Positions 10,901-20,765 of a DNA stretch of 64,000 nucleotides are shown here, one piece after another (the first letter of the stretch is position 1; each line of letters starts with the position of its first letter). The translations under genes and the position numbers were made by a program. Under the pieces are notes generated by a model. It was not told where the DNA came from. It did no database searches and worked only from the letters and a program-made list of their open reading frames with translations. Source of the DNA: a virus; the IMG/VR virus record IMGVR_UViG_3300025108_000001, positions 1 through 64,000 of that record; one strand, 5' to 3'.

Positions 10901-13900
10901 CAGAAAATGATATATTGTTAAATCTTAATTTTGAAGTAGGATATAGGTCTCCCGTAGCATACAAAGAATATGGCCTTGCTCTCCAATCATTGTTAACTAA
11001 ATCTTTTATATTACCTAAAGTAATAGTAGTGTCTACATTTTTAGTTCCATCTGCTCTGCTAAACCAAGTTATATCTGAATAATTACTTGCCATATCTCTT
11101 TGGCCGTTTGGCAACACCTTAATTCCTGTTGTATATCCTTTGATTTTATGTTTCCTTTTAGCAGATTGATAAATATTATTAGAAGTATATGAATCATAAG
11201 GTATTAGAGTTTGATTCTCAAATGATTGTAAATCAATAAACTTGTAGGTATCTTCGGGTGCAAAATAATGTTGAAATTGATGTTTTAATTTATGCACAAA
11301 ACCACCTGAAGGAAGATTACTATTCAATAAATAAAAACCTGCGTGGTGGCTAAGAGTATCATTTATTGGTGATAAAAACCTATTATCATATGTATTATTA
11401 TCCTGTACCCCTAATGCTATTGGAAAATTAGGTGCAACAGTTATTATATTTTTAGAATCATTAACATCATTAACATCTATTACATGAAACATTTCTGATG
11501 AGACAATATTTTTTTGTGTGTATTCTATACTAGTTTCTTTCTCCTTTCCTATTTTTAATAAATATGTACTAGAAGGCATATCTTCATCAACGTTTATGCC
11601 ATTACTAACAATATTTCTTTTATTTACCTTTGAAGGTTTCAATATATCATAACCATAAGAACCATCCGTTTCAAAAGAACCATTATTAGAAGTTAATTTT
11701 AAATCTGAATAAGTAAATCCGTTATTACTTCCCGAATCAGCACTAGAATCATATGTAAAATTTAATCCGTTATTGAAAATTAATCCTTTTTCAGAAGTAT
11801 TTGTGAAATCAGTAGGTCTAGTTGTTTCATTTACGTTAGTTGCTAGTGCCTTTACACCCGAAATAAATCTAGAAGAATTATCTAATGGATTGTAATAATA
11901 TATGTTAGTATTATCTGCTATCGAAGCATATGCCTTGTCTTTCAATGTAATAATAGTTTTTTCACTACCCGATGCAAGGCTATTATCTCCTGAGTGAGAA
12001 CCACTACTATACTCTCCTAATAATTCATAAGATGAATTAAAGAATAATGTATATTTTGTAAAGGTCTGATGTCCGTCAACTTCTATTGTTATTGTCGTAT
12101 CTTTCACAGTTGTTCCTCTTGAATTATGAAAAGAAGTAATATTATCTATATGAGGATTTAACGTTGAATATACTATATCATCTGTAAAGTTTAAATTTTT
12201 ATTTACAGTATTCGTAAGTAAATTAGCAACTTCATCCCTTCCTGAAATAGTATAAGTCATCATTCCATTTTCATTTTTAGATTCTATATCTTCCACATTA
12301 CCGTTGAATATTTCTTCATTTAATGTGAAACTACCATTGTAATAATACATTCTAGAAATAGGAGTTTTCTGATAATATTGTTTTGTAGGTTCTAAAACAG
12401 TTAAATATTTATGTGTCTTGTCTCCATAATTTACTCTTAAATCATGTCCTCTTTTATTAGTTATTGATAACCTTGAATTGTATAATTTTGTATTCTTAAC
12501 TTCTATCGTTCTATTATCTAAAGTCAACCTATCGCTTTGGTCGTGTCTTACTGTTGTATCGGCTGCGAACTCAACATTTAGTTTATTGTTAGAATAAGGA
12601 ACTATATAACAATCAACATTCGTTACTATTTTAACAGCATTACTTCCTCCTAACCCACCTTGTTGAGTAACAAAAACATTATTATTAACAGGCTTAATAG
12701 CATCTAAATAAATTTTTTGCGTAGTAATAGTATAGTCTCTTGTAGCAACATTAGATACCACATAATTATACCCCTCAACTTCTATAATAGTACCATCGGC
12801 TAGAATAGAAGCATAATCATACTCTCCTGTTAATCCATTTATAGTTAAAACATTAGTTTCATATGCAGTTGAAGTAACAGTATGTTCTATTTTTTTAAGT
12901 TTTATACTATCTGAAAATAAACCATTTCTAACTACCATTTTAGAATCTTCTGTAATTTTCAAATGTTGAGTTCCACTATTATCTAAAGTGAGAACAGTAG
13001 CCATTTTACTCATTTTATTTTTAGGGTTATTTACTATTGTATCTAGTGTTGTAGGAATTTTATCATTCTTTAAAGAAGCAGTTTCAAATGTTATATATTT
13101 CATAGCCCCGTTTAAATTTTCACTTTCAGTCCAAACATTACCGGAAAAATCATATGAATCGGTAGAACTTCTTTTCATTAGCGGAAACGCTTTATTCCAA
13201 TATAAAGGGTCAAAATTACTATCATCTTCATCATCAACTAATACATTATCAACCAATATAGCATCCATTAAACCTCTGCCTTTATTTTGTATGGTATTGT
13301 CATATTTTCTTTCCGTTTTGAACACTACATTTTGTACAGTTTCGTTTATGTTCAAAGTAATATTTAACCCGTTACCCGCAGATAATGTTAAAGAAGGTCT
13401 GTAAAAGTCAATATAAAATCTATCATTACCATATAATTTTTCTATATTTCCTAAATAACTTGTTCCATTAAATATTGACATACCTTCTGCTAAATCATCA
13501 TAATGTGCAGAAGAAACTGTAAAGTAATTATTAGTACCACCTGCTTGATATTGGGTATGTCCCCCTACAACATTTATTGCTGTAATAGTATCGCTATTAT
13601 TCCAAGTCCTACTAGATGTTACAGTATATTTTTCATTATAATCTAATTGGTCTTTTTCTTCCAACCTATCATTATAAAAATAAAACGTAGGGGTATTTAC
13701 GTTACATATTTTATCATATTTATCTGTTGTAGCAGACGAATCCCCTCTAAGACCGTATGATACTGCTACCAAATCTGTATCTGTTTTTGCCGCACCTTTG
13801 TATATTTCAAACTTAGTTCCCTTTGGTATTTCACCATTATATTTAGGACTGAACTCTACACCATCACCAAACTCATCAAAGGAAACTATTCTAGTTATTT

Positions 13901-14411
13901 TAGCAAAATGAGCATTAACTGAATCAACCCCCCTACCACTTGCAGTATCAACAATATCATGGTTTAAAATTATAAAATAATCATGGTCTTCTATATCAAA
14001 ACCTACTCTATTAGGAGGAAAATCTAAACTAGAATGATAAGTTGCTCGTAGGTTAGTAGCAATATTATTAACAGTTTCATCGGCAAACTTAGAATCATAT
14101 ATTTTTACCTTGAAAGATGGTGTTGTTTCTTTATTTGTAGTGGCTACTATCTTTGTTTGAACTGTTCCATCCTTTCTAGGTGCTTTTCTTATTTCAGTAA
14201 ATATAATGGATTCAACAGGACTTGCTGTTATATATCCTGTTTCATTTTCTAAACCTGCTGTATATAATGTAGGATTAACTGAAACATTTTTGAAAGCCTT
14301 TGTTTTGTTATTAGTATTATTTCTACTACGGTAAATATTAGACCCATTGCTAATACTTATTTCATTTTCACTAACACCTGTATTCAAAGGAAATAGCATT
14401 CGACCCGACAT
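7983..14411 (-). CDS. Very large tail-tip/baseplate hub-like protein (2142 aa)
   Basis: Beta-rich. Contains IFNGNVEDIE..YTISGRD and C-terminal NKIIVVGDG...VDSSIKSLSDAK...LEAGDILTL segments typical of tail hub proteins; lies downstream of the tape measure gene. Confidence 0.65.
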   Translation of the reverse strand: MSGRMLFPLNTGVSENEISISNGSNIYRSRNNTNNKTKAFKNVSVNPTLYTAGLENETGYITASPVESIIFTEIRKAPRKDGTVQTKIVATTNKETTPSFKVKIYDSKFADETVNNIATNLRATYHSSLDFPPNRVGFDIEDHDYFIILNHDIVDTASGRGVDSVNAHFAKITRIVSFDEFGDGVEFSPKYNGEIPKGTKFEIYKGAAKTDTDLVAVSYGLRGDSSATTDKYDKICNVNTPTFYFYNDRLEEKDQLDYNEKYTVTSSRTWNNSDTITAINVVGGHTQYQAGGTNNYFTVSSAHYDDLAEGMSIFNGTSYLGNIEKLYGNDRFYIDFYRPSLTLSAGNGLNITLNINETVQNVVFKTERKYDNTIQNKGRGLMDAILVDNVLVDDEDDSNFDPLYWNKAFPLMKRSSTDSYDFSGNVWTESENLNGAMKYITFETASLKNDKIPTTLDTIVNNPKNKMSKMATVLTLDNSGTQHLKITEDSKMVVRNGLFSDSIKLKKIEHTVTSTAYETNVLTINGLTGEYDYASILADGTIIEVEGYNYVVSNVATRDYTITTQKIYLDAIKPVNNNVFVTQQGGLGGSNAVKIVTNVDCYIVPYSNNKLNVEFAADTTVRHDQSDRLTLDNRTIEVKNTKLYNSRLSITNKRGHDLRVNYGDKTHKYLTVLEPTKQYYQKTPISRMYYYNGSFTLNEEIFNGNVEDIESKNENGMMTYTISGRDEVANLLTNTVNKNLNFTDDIVYSTLNPHIDNITSFHNSRGTTVKDTTITIEVDGHQTFTKYTLFFNSSYELLGEYSSGSHSGDNSLASGSEKTIITLKDKAYASIADNTNIYYYNPLDNSSRFISGVKALATNVNETTRPTDFTNTSEKGLIFNNGLNFTYDSSADSGSNNGFTYSDLKLTSNNGSFETDGSYGYDILKPSKVNKRNIVSNGINVDEDMPSSTYLLKIGKEKETSIEYTQKNIVSSEMFHVIDVNDVNDSKNIITVAPNFPIALGVQDNNTYDNRFLSPINDTLSHHAGFYLLNSNLPSGGFVHKLKHQFQHYFAPEDTYKFIDLQSFENQTLIPYDSYTSNNIYQSAKRKHKIKGYTTGIKVLPNGQRDMASNYSDITWFSRADGTKNVDTTITLGNIKDLVNNDWRARPYSLYATGDLYPTSKLRFNNISFSDRSMSEYGLMFENKGTKGTQINHDHHGKTNATIRDDNDYEISEIKSSTKTTGQLKRWGIVRLVEATFDWHFNSVDAESVKGIDEIELLNLSEYKKYNSGNTSDIDTHDLYTQKGNKINSLTKISHSLNMSQIYMLSPNIKTSYFDYSLLERNGNDYNPPNILLPIISDGGTLESINSENVITDSAFHVERITGSSHTVQMKHTSKVLSALCKPYLPNHDTSSNFTQTPYDINWPSKDIYENCIAIFKDMKSGKKNSKTLLKITSSPLILDDLPSLDNNIGDRLITGQPTGNIITNNANNNTSSSNNMVFIGTKTKYYPFDNREGYDTDLESDTRFYAHANASNTSGELYSAQMFLKPQFNITSDLALGAEITFTMNTNSTHHWLNFVPNLTGYYIVGSKTIDGNFLPTSENGAIVGKGTPNYIGKILSHTVSGSPDAHTLTFDKAIVNSTDGTFFRLMRLSDTVFEETPDYFEVNVMQDSGLKYDTIPENLRTGENTGKDQFSEGIYSMYMLLDIDNTNIYLERRQLGNISTDLLSNNAEINCYITDGINLQTKSLTVTKTSSSVKFEYDGVLNGDGCVSFGETIDVTIPKKLSIKPTKCYLGTTFSIGGIVENEIENIAKEAGLDLNYEQSLRDYTTNLVNSVSGNVITCVDKPIDVVVGDVLYTQEGYLVGKVSAVSATTITVDSIIFVPSPYDELIRRQRKTHVSNVKFEDTDSFSAINFLANKRGLDYKISNGEIVAKNIEDVHSLRRFSINYKSGHNLISVESNKSLFDKANKIIVVGDGVKAESEIPTKKRTKTIRHVDSSIKSLSDAKIKAMQLLQIHNADIRKIKLKLQKKGLELLEAGDILTLDFPNHDIPINDYQVFEIENILDGISTITVGTFNKTIAERLGELSSNQTRSSLTLFGKNSVQSVVGKSVFDSFTIQNGTIEYKITSSSANLGFDSALGFDTLLGFGAGSTTLKTYKSEKDV

Positions 14412-15515
14412 TTACTCACCAAATGTATAATAAAATAAAATGTTACTGTAACTAGGTGTTAAAGTATTGAGTGTTAAACTTGGTTCTTTTCCTTTGTGCA
14501 TTGAGATTTCAAAAAGTTCTCCCATAAATTGTTCACTAGTAAGAGTCCCTTTACCTATTCTAGATTCACCATTATTGGTAGTTGAATCAAACTCAAACGT
14601 AGGTACTGAAAGAGTTTGAGTTTTAATAGATTGATTGTTAACATACAATTCTATTTGACCGTTCTTTCTATACGAACAAGAAACCTTGTAAACTTCTTCT
14701 AAATACAGTGCTTCTCTAGGTTGAGAAACATACACATCTCCTGTAATTGTAGAAGATTGAGATAGGGATAATGTAGCACTACGATTAGTTCCTAAAGTAT
14801 TTTTACTCAAAACCTTTCCTAAACTTACACCACTGCTATTAAATATTTCAGTACCTCCACTATTGTTCGCCCCTAATTCATCTAATATTACTAATTTTTC
14901 AGCATCCGTTCCCGAAGTAAATGTAAGTAACGCACCTGTAATACTAGCAACAGAAGTTAATTTAGTCAAACTAGTATTATGTTTTTCATAATAACCATTA
15001 GAATCATAATAACCGTGTAAAGTATTAACAGCAGTTATAATAGAATTATCGCTAGAAACAGTAGTAGTCAATCCCGAAGTATTTGTAAAATCAACACACA
15101 ATTTATATTCAGCAGGTTGATTATAATTAGTAGTCGTAGTATTCTGTAAATAAAACTTAAACTTATTATTGTAAAATAACATCATTTTATGAGATAATCT
15201 ATTTGTTATGTGGTCTGTTAACAAATTACCTGTTCCAAAATACCTAGCGCTTTGAAAGTTAGTTTCTATTTCATCTTCGGCAGGGCTTGGTGGAGTTCTT
15301 GTAGAAGTTTTTGTATCTACATCAGCAGAAGCATGGCCGTTTCCATTAACGTCATATGGTGTTATAATTGCCTCAATGGTAAAGTTATCAGTATGATTCC
15401 AAAAGTTGCCTTTAGACGTGGCTGTACCTACTGTATCGGCATCTAATTTTAAATAACCATCACACATAACAGGAAAGACTAATGCTTTAGAATCTCCAAT
15501 ATATACGTTAGCCAT
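14412..15515 (-). CDS. LamG/concanavalin A-like domain tail protein
   Basis: NFTIEAII, VSCSY..GQIELYVN and RIGKG...FMGELFEI are LamG-like motifs; tail-tip context. Confidence 0.65.
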   Translation of the reverse strand: MANVYIGDSKALVFPVMCDGYLKLDADTVGTATSKGNFWNHTDNFTIEAIITPYDVNGNGHASADVDTKTSTRTPPSPAEDEIETNFQSARYFGTGNLLTDHITNRLSHKMMLFYNNKFKFYLQNTTTTNYNQPAEYKLCVDFTNTSGLTTTVSSDNSIITAVNTLHGYYDSNGYYEKHNTSLTKLTSVASITGALLTFTSGTDAEKLVILDELGANNSGGTEIFNSSGVSLGKVLSKNTLGTNRSATLSLSQSSTITGDVYVSQPREALYLEEVYKVSCSYRKNGQIELYVNNQSIKTQTLSVPTFEFDSTTNNGESRIGKGTLTSEQFMGELFEISMHKGKEPSLTLNTLTPSYSNILFYYTFGE

Positions 15516-15526
15516 TTTTCTTCACC

Positions 15527-16279
15527 TCAATCAAAGAAATTATCGCCTATTACCGTTGCCTCTTCAAAGTTTAAACTAAAACCAATACTAGGAAACTCAG
15601 AAGCAATTATACTGGTTGTAAAGGAACGTATAAAACCCGAAACACCCGTATGATTATTAGATATGTCAATACGATTTCCTTCTTTATCTTGAACATCAAA
15701 AACTGTTGATGGACTATCCATTGTATTCCCCGTACCAAATGCAAAGGAATTGTCATACGCTCTATTTTTAAATGTGAACGGTATAATTGGAACTTCGGAT
15801 ATATCTAAAGTTTCCATTACTTCTTTAGTAACAGTAGTATTATCTTTTTTTACTGTTCTTTGCTCAAACTCATTATCTACCTTACTAGGATAAAAGAACA
15901 ATATTTTGTTAATATTTTGGTCTCTTTGTAAACTGCTAGAATCTGCATATGAATGTATTAATTGTGCTATTTCAAATGAAGTCATAACTACCTGTTTAAC
16001 ACTACCCGTTGATGAAGATTGTTTAGTTATAGTTTGTTCTGTTAATACACCCTGTAAATCTATTGTTTTAGAAGCAAGACCCATATCAAATGCTATGTTA
16101 GTTGATTCTCCCTTTATTGCACCTGTAAATGGTATTGGTACATTAGGTACAGTTTTATTTGTATTAATTGTGATGGATTCAATATGTAAAGGTATTCTGT
16201 TAGTAGTACTATCACTACCGATTTCGTTTCTTCTAGATAATTCTAACATCACCATTTTGTTTGGATTTTTAGCACTCAA
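15527..16279 (-). CDS. Putative distal tail (Dit-like) protein
   Basis: Immediately after the tape measure gene; DMGLASKTIDLQGVL and FSLNFEE segments; TTG start. Confidence 0.5.
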   Translation of the reverse strand: MSAKNPNKMVMLELSRRNEIGSDSTTNRIPLHIESITINTNKTVPNVPIPFTGAIKGESTNIAFDMGLASKTIDLQGVLTEQTITKQSSSTGSVKQVVMTSFEIAQLIHSYADSSSLQRDQNINKILFFYPSKVDNEFEQRTVKKDNTTVTKEVMETLDISEVPIIPFTFKNRAYDNSFAFGTGNTMDSPSTVFDVQDKEGNRIDISNNHTGVSGFIRSFTTSIIASEFPSIGFSLNFEEATVIGDNFFD

Positions 16280-17805
16280 AAGTTATTCACCCCACTACCT
16301 GTTCTGCTCATTCTTAGATTAATTTCTCTAGCAACCTTATTTGCTATATCTCGTATTTCTGCATCAGATGCACCAACTCTGCCATTAACATGAACATTAA
16401 TTGTATTGCCACCCGAACCTCCTAACATTCTTTTACTATCTGCATTAGAATGTACCCTAGAACCTCTAGGTAAAGATACTAATTCAGCACCTCTTTCTCC
16501 AACTATTTGCATATCCGAATTAACTATCCCCCCTGTTGAAAAACCCATAATACTTTTAATTCCCAACATTATTACACCCGCTATTCCGGCTACTATTAAG
16601 TATGGCAATGCTGCTATTGTCGAACCAATAAACACAAGATAACCTGCCACTACCCCCACAGCCAATAATATTCCTGTAACAGTATTGTAAAAATTCGTAC
16701 TGCTACTTACAGCGTGTTCTAATAGTTCACCTAGAACAATAACAATAGAAGAAACACCTAGCCAAATAATTCCCCCTAATACTTGTAATCCTAATTTAAA
16801 AACCCCTGCAAAAATTTGTAATAGTGCGTCAATAACAGTGAAAAACTCACCATTAGCAAACCCATCATACAATAAAACAAAGGCACTTCCTAAATCAGAT
16901 AGTGTGTTAAATATTCCACCCAAAACCCACATTACTTGTTCTTTTATTGATTCAAATGCTTCTCCCAAAGGTTCTTTTAACAAATCAAAACTTTTCTTTA
17001 ACATAAATAAACCTAAAACAATTGCACTAAAGGCTAATAGTGCTTTAAAGAAAAATATACCCGCCCCCTTTATTGCATTCATATAATCAAAACTTTTAAT
17101 TTTAGTCCACATAGTATTTGCTTTAAATTGAAGACGTAAAACTTTCATTCTAAGTAAAAAGAAAGGACTATCAGGATTTTCCATAGATGGAGATATAGTC
17201 CTGTCCCCTTTTTTTAAACCCCGACTTTTTACATATTCATCAAAATCTTCCATTTCCTGTATTCTTGCTTCAGCAATATCTTTTTGAGATTGAATTTTTT
17301 GATATTGACCGCTTAACGTTCCTTTAGTAACTTCTAACAACCGCACTAAATGAGCCTTTTTTGTTTCATCAAATTTATCTCCAAAAAGATAATGTTCTAT
17401 GCCTTTAAAATCCTTAAAATGTTTTTCTAAAGTCTTAGTTAATCCCTGTAAATCCTTTTTTGTACGTTTACTAAAATCCTCTCCACCAAATAAATCGTCT
17501 TTAAACATATCCATTGCATCAGACATTTCTTTCATTTTTGACATTTTTTCTATTGATTCATACATTTTTTTTGATTGTTTATTACCCTTCGCTAACTGTT
17601 CATTTATAAATATCGCAGCGCCTCTAAACTTATTCTGTAAAGCCCAAAAATCTGGAAAAATACCCGAAGACATCCTACTCACAACATTCCACATAGTACT
17701 ATGACGCATCTTTTTTGTTACTGATTCTAATGCACTAACAGAATCTTGTAATCCGTCAAAAGCATCTTTCATGTTATAGATTTTATCTACTACTTCGTCT
17801 GCCAT
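16276..17805 (-). CDS. Tail tape measure protein (short, 509 aa)
   Basis: Helical N-terminus, several hydrophobic helices, and C-terminal GFSTGGIV...IVGERGAELV.LPRGSRV motif typical of TMPs; follows the tail chaperone. Confidence 0.8.
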   Translation of the reverse strand: MADEVVDKIYNMKDAFDGLQDSVSALESVTKKMRHSTMWNVVSRMSSGIFPDFWALQNKFRGAAIFINEQLAKGNKQSKKMYESIEKMSKMKEMSDAMDMFKDDLFGGEDFSKRTKKDLQGLTKTLEKHFKDFKGIEHYLFGDKFDETKKAHLVRLLEVTKGTLSGQYQKIQSQKDIAEARIQEMEDFDEYVKSRGLKKGDRTISPSMENPDSPFFLLRMKVLRLQFKANTMWTKIKSFDYMNAIKGAGIFFFKALLAFSAIVLGLFMLKKSFDLLKEPLGEAFESIKEQVMWVLGGIFNTLSDLGSAFVLLYDGFANGEFFTVIDALLQIFAGVFKLGLQVLGGIIWLGVSSIVIVLGELLEHAVSSSTNFYNTVTGILLAVGVVAGYLVFIGSTIAALPYLIVAGIAGVIMLGIKSIMGFSTGGIVNSDMQIVGERGAELVSLPRGSRVHSNADSKRMLGGSGGNTINVHVNGRVGASDAEIRDIANKVAREINLRMSRTGSGVNNF

Positions 17806-17809
17806 AACA

Positions 17810-18025
17810 TCACCCCTTTCTTGCCTTTTCCATTTCTTCTGCTTCTATTTTTTTAACTTCACCATGAACTTCTAACATTTGTTTTACTAAAATAGCGGGG
17901 GTACAATAAGCCTCTAAAGGACTAATACTGAAAGTTGTTGAATATGTATATATCATTATTCGTGATGCAATATTTGGCGGTACATTACCACCTTTTAATG
18001 CCCTACGAATTAACTTTCGTTTCCC
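17810..18025 (-). CDS. -1 frameshift extension of the tail chaperone (gpGT-like; not in ORF track)
   Basis: GGGAAAC (minus strand, 18025-18019) is in X XXY YYZ register. The -1 frame is open (RKLIRRALKGG...EMEKARKG) to TGA at 17810, 4 nt before the TMP start. Confidence 0.8.
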   Translation of the reverse strand, partial: GKRKLIRRALKGGNVPPNIASRIMIYTYSTTFSISPLEAYCTPAILVKQMLEVHGEVKKIEAEEMEKARKG

Positions 18026-18381
18026 GTATCATCCCCCATCATATCGGTGAAAGGATTAGGGAGAATTTCTTTAAGTTGTGCGCCAACATAAGGACTTAAT
18101 CGTAGTAAATCAACAGACGTTAAAACTGGGTCTGTTTTTTCAACAAAGTTTTCAACCATGAATCTATACATTTTATTCAAATCTAAATCAAAAGATTTAC
18201 TGTTTGAATCAATGTTCATCACGCTTGACAACGCTTGTTCTACCTGTAACCAAGTTGGTTCTTTAATCCAAACTTGTAGGTATTCATCACTATCGGGGGC
18301 TACCCTTATGTGATGGCATTCTGTATTTACTGCGGCAAATAGCCTACTCTTATCTGTTATTGCTTTCTTTTCTTCTACCAT
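18010..18381 (-). CDS. Tail assembly chaperone (lambda gpG-like)
   Basis: Sits between the tail tube and TMP genes; ends just after the slippery heptamer G GGA AAC. Confidence 0.75.
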   Translation of the reverse strand: MVEEKKAITDKSRLFAAVNTECHHIRVAPDSDEYLQVWIKEPTWLQVEQALSSVMNIDSNSKSFDLDLNKMYRFMVENFVEKTDPVLTSVDLLRLSPYVGAQLKEILPNPFTDMMGDDTGNES

Positions 18382-18470
18382 GTTTTTCCACCTAACTATA
18401 TACTAACAAACAAACGATGTTAGTGGAATCTGATATTGTGAACTATTATCTAATTTAATAGTCCTCCGTA

Positions 18471-20000
18471 TTAGTGCATTAAAGCCCATTTACCTTTGTA
18501 TTGGCATGAGTTTGCAACTAATGTTCTTGCTGATGCTGTAAACGATACTTCTATTGCACCCTTATCTTCGGGGAAAGGAATATCAACAGTCTGAATTATG
18601 TAATCTGAAAATGACATTTTTATAAATTCTCCTGTATCTTTGGTAAAGTTTAGAGTAAGCAATTTATCAGCAGCAGTAACTTCCGCATCTTCCTTTCTTA
18701 AGTCATCCCAAAGTGTTGTATCTGTAATTAATACTGACATATTAATATCATATGTTCTTTGTGCAGGTATGTGTTCGTTCATAACCTGTCTGTTTGTGTT
18801 TCCAATATATCTTTGTGGGGTAATATTATTATTAATTGTAACAGACCCCGACTTAACTCTTCCAAAGGTTTGGCCGAATACAGTTAAAGCACCATCTGAA
18901 AACATGAACGGGTAATTATCAGAAGCAGTAGCACTAAAGTTCTTTAAATCACTAGGATTTAGTTTTCCGTTGTGTGGAATATAATCGGTAGTTCCATCAG
19001 TAACAACATCATATGCTCTCCTAGTAACTAAAGACAGATTACTTTTTAGTTCCTGTCCTTCTTCAAAATTAAGTGTTAAAGTGTTAACTTGACATCCTGT
19101 AAATATTCTAGAATAAATATTTTCATGAGGGGTCAGATTATCAACAGCAGTGGTTGCAGCCACATCTGCTTTTCTATATGACACATCTAACCCGAAAGAA
19201 GGAAGTGAAGCACCATTTGCTTCTCCGAATGTATATGTTAAAACGTCAGAACTAGCAATTTCATCATAATTAGTTAAATTGCCATGAACCGCTTCAACAG
19301 TATCGTTAGTTGTCGAAAGAGGAGGATATTCAAGTCCATCCAATATTACTCTCGAAATACCAACCCCCCCATTATTGTAAATGAAGGTTTCTGTGGTATT
19401 TCCATCCCAAGCCTCAGAAGAACCATTACTGTTTGATAAAGCGGTTACTTTTCCTAAAGCATAATATAACCAAGAACCATTATTCAGTGATAAATCCAAA
19501 GAACCCCCACTAACAGTTTCAGAACCTCTATATTGTAAAGATAGATTCCTTGTGTTTCCACCCATTAATGCTAATTGTTTTGTTTCAACATCAACGCTTG
19601 GTGGACTAAAAGAATTAACTAATCCTAACCAATTATCAGAAAGTAATTTTTGATTAGAAGTTGAATGTGCTATAACAGGTGCGCCAAATGCTAATAGTTT
19701 AACGTGTACTGTTTCAGTACCGCTAGTAATATCCGATACATCAGAATCAAAGGTAAAACTGGTTTCAGTATTCGATGTAATCATCACATGATACACTACA
19801 CTAGAAGTATCAGTAACTTTTGCTCTACAACCAACATATAGATTTGTTAATAACTTAAACCTAGCAATATCAGTGTTTTCTAAAACTGCAACGTTGTTAC
19901 CATTAGAAAAAGTTACTACCATATCATCAAAATACATATCCATTTCCGGCACTAACGTAGCCATTGTCCCTGCGCCTACAAATACTTCATTACTTACCAT
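18471..20000 (-). CDS. Major tail (tube) protein
   Basis: RIFTGCQVNTLTLNFEEGQELK and VKSGSVTINNNI segments are tube-like; lies between terminator and chaperone. No separate sheath gene is evident. Confidence 0.7.
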   Translation of the reverse strand: MVSNEVFVGAGTMATLVPEMDMYFDDMVVTFSNGNNVAVLENTDIARFKLLTNLYVGCRAKVTDTSSVVYHVMITSNTETSFTFDSDVSDITSGTETVHVKLLAFGAPVIAHSTSNQKLLSDNWLGLVNSFSPPSVDVETKQLALMGGNTRNLSLQYRGSETVSGGSLDLSLNNGSWLYYALGKVTALSNSNGSSEAWDGNTTETFIYNNGGVGISRVILDGLEYPPLSTTNDTVEAVHGNLTNYDEIASSDVLTYTFGEANGASLPSFGLDVSYRKADVAATTAVDNLTPHENIYSRIFTGCQVNTLTLNFEEGQELKSNLSLVTRRAYDVVTDGTTDYIPHNGKLNPSDLKNFSATASDNYPFMFSDGALTVFGQTFGRVKSGSVTINNNITPQRYIGNTNRQVMNEHIPAQRTYDINMSVLITDTTLWDDLRKEDAEVTAADKLLTLNFTKDTGEFIKMSFSDYIIQTVDIPFPEDKGAIEVSFTASARTLVANSCQYKGKWALMH

Positions 20001-20012
20001 TTTTTAACCACC

Positions 20013-20540
20013 CTATGTATTGCGACCAAACCGTTTCATTTCCACTGATAACTTATACCCTAATAGTCTTTTACCTCTATCATTAGCCTCGCTTCTGCTT
20101 GTTAACTTTAGTAATTCTCCACTTTCCTCTATTGTTCCCGAAGTTCCCCCACCAACATAAACAGTTGGACGTAGAGAGTTATGTTCTAAAATGTATCGTG
20201 CAATTCTATACAATGCTTGCAATCTATCCCTAGAATAAGTAGCGTTTGGAAAATCTCGTCTATGCAAAACTCTTATGTGTAAAGTAAAATTAAATGTTTC
20301 ATTTCTAACAGCATAATCTATTGTAGGATAACTTGTTGTAGCACTATCTTCAAAAACAATAACTACCTCTTGAGAATCAACATCAACCCGTCTTCCTTCC
20401 TTTGGAACAATAGACCTAACATCAATAAACTTAGGTGTTACTGCATGACTCGCTACAATACTACCATTATTTGTTAGAGTTGTAGCAGTAGCAGCCCAAT
20501 TATCATTAAGTAATCTAACAATAAAACTCACTTCATCCAT
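20013..20540 (-). CDS. Putative tail terminator/completion protein
   Basis: Size and position between head-tail adaptor and tail tube. Confidence 0.5.
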   Translation of the reverse strand: MDEVSFIVRLLNDNWAATATTLTNNGSIVASHAVTPKFIDVRSIVPKEGRRVDVDSQEVVIVFEDSATTSYPTIDYAVRNETFNFTLHIRVLHRRDFPNATYSRDRLQALYRIARYILEHNSLRPTVYVGGGTSGTIEESGELLKLTSRSEANDRGKRLLGYKLSVEMKRFGRNT

Positions 20541-20545
20541 ATTAT

Positions 20546-20761
20546 TTACCCTCTTCTTTCTCTTCCTGTTAAGAACATATATGCTTCCCGTTCCAAATCA
20601 TCGAATAGTTTTTTCTGTAAAAGTTCTATTGCGTGTTTTTGCATTTCTTCATCAGATAAACTAATATCAAACCCTAAAATCCCTTCCATTTCTTTCAATA
20701 TAATATTACGTTCCACTTGTATTCTTAACATTTCAGTCAAAAATGCTTGATAGTTTGTCAT
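20546..20761 (-). CDS. Hypothetical protein (neck region)
   Basis: 71-aa ORF tightly packed in the operon. Confidence 0.6.
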   Translation of the reverse strand: MTNYQAFLTEMLRIQVERNIILKEMEGILGFDISLSDEEMQKHAIELLQKKLFDDLEREAYMFLTGRERRG

Positions 20762-20765
20762 AATA

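Noticed and set aside
18471-20000. 509-aa protein as a contractile tail sheath
   Set aside because: No sheath motifs recognised and no separate small tube gene follows; it precedes the chaperone and TMP as a tube gene would.
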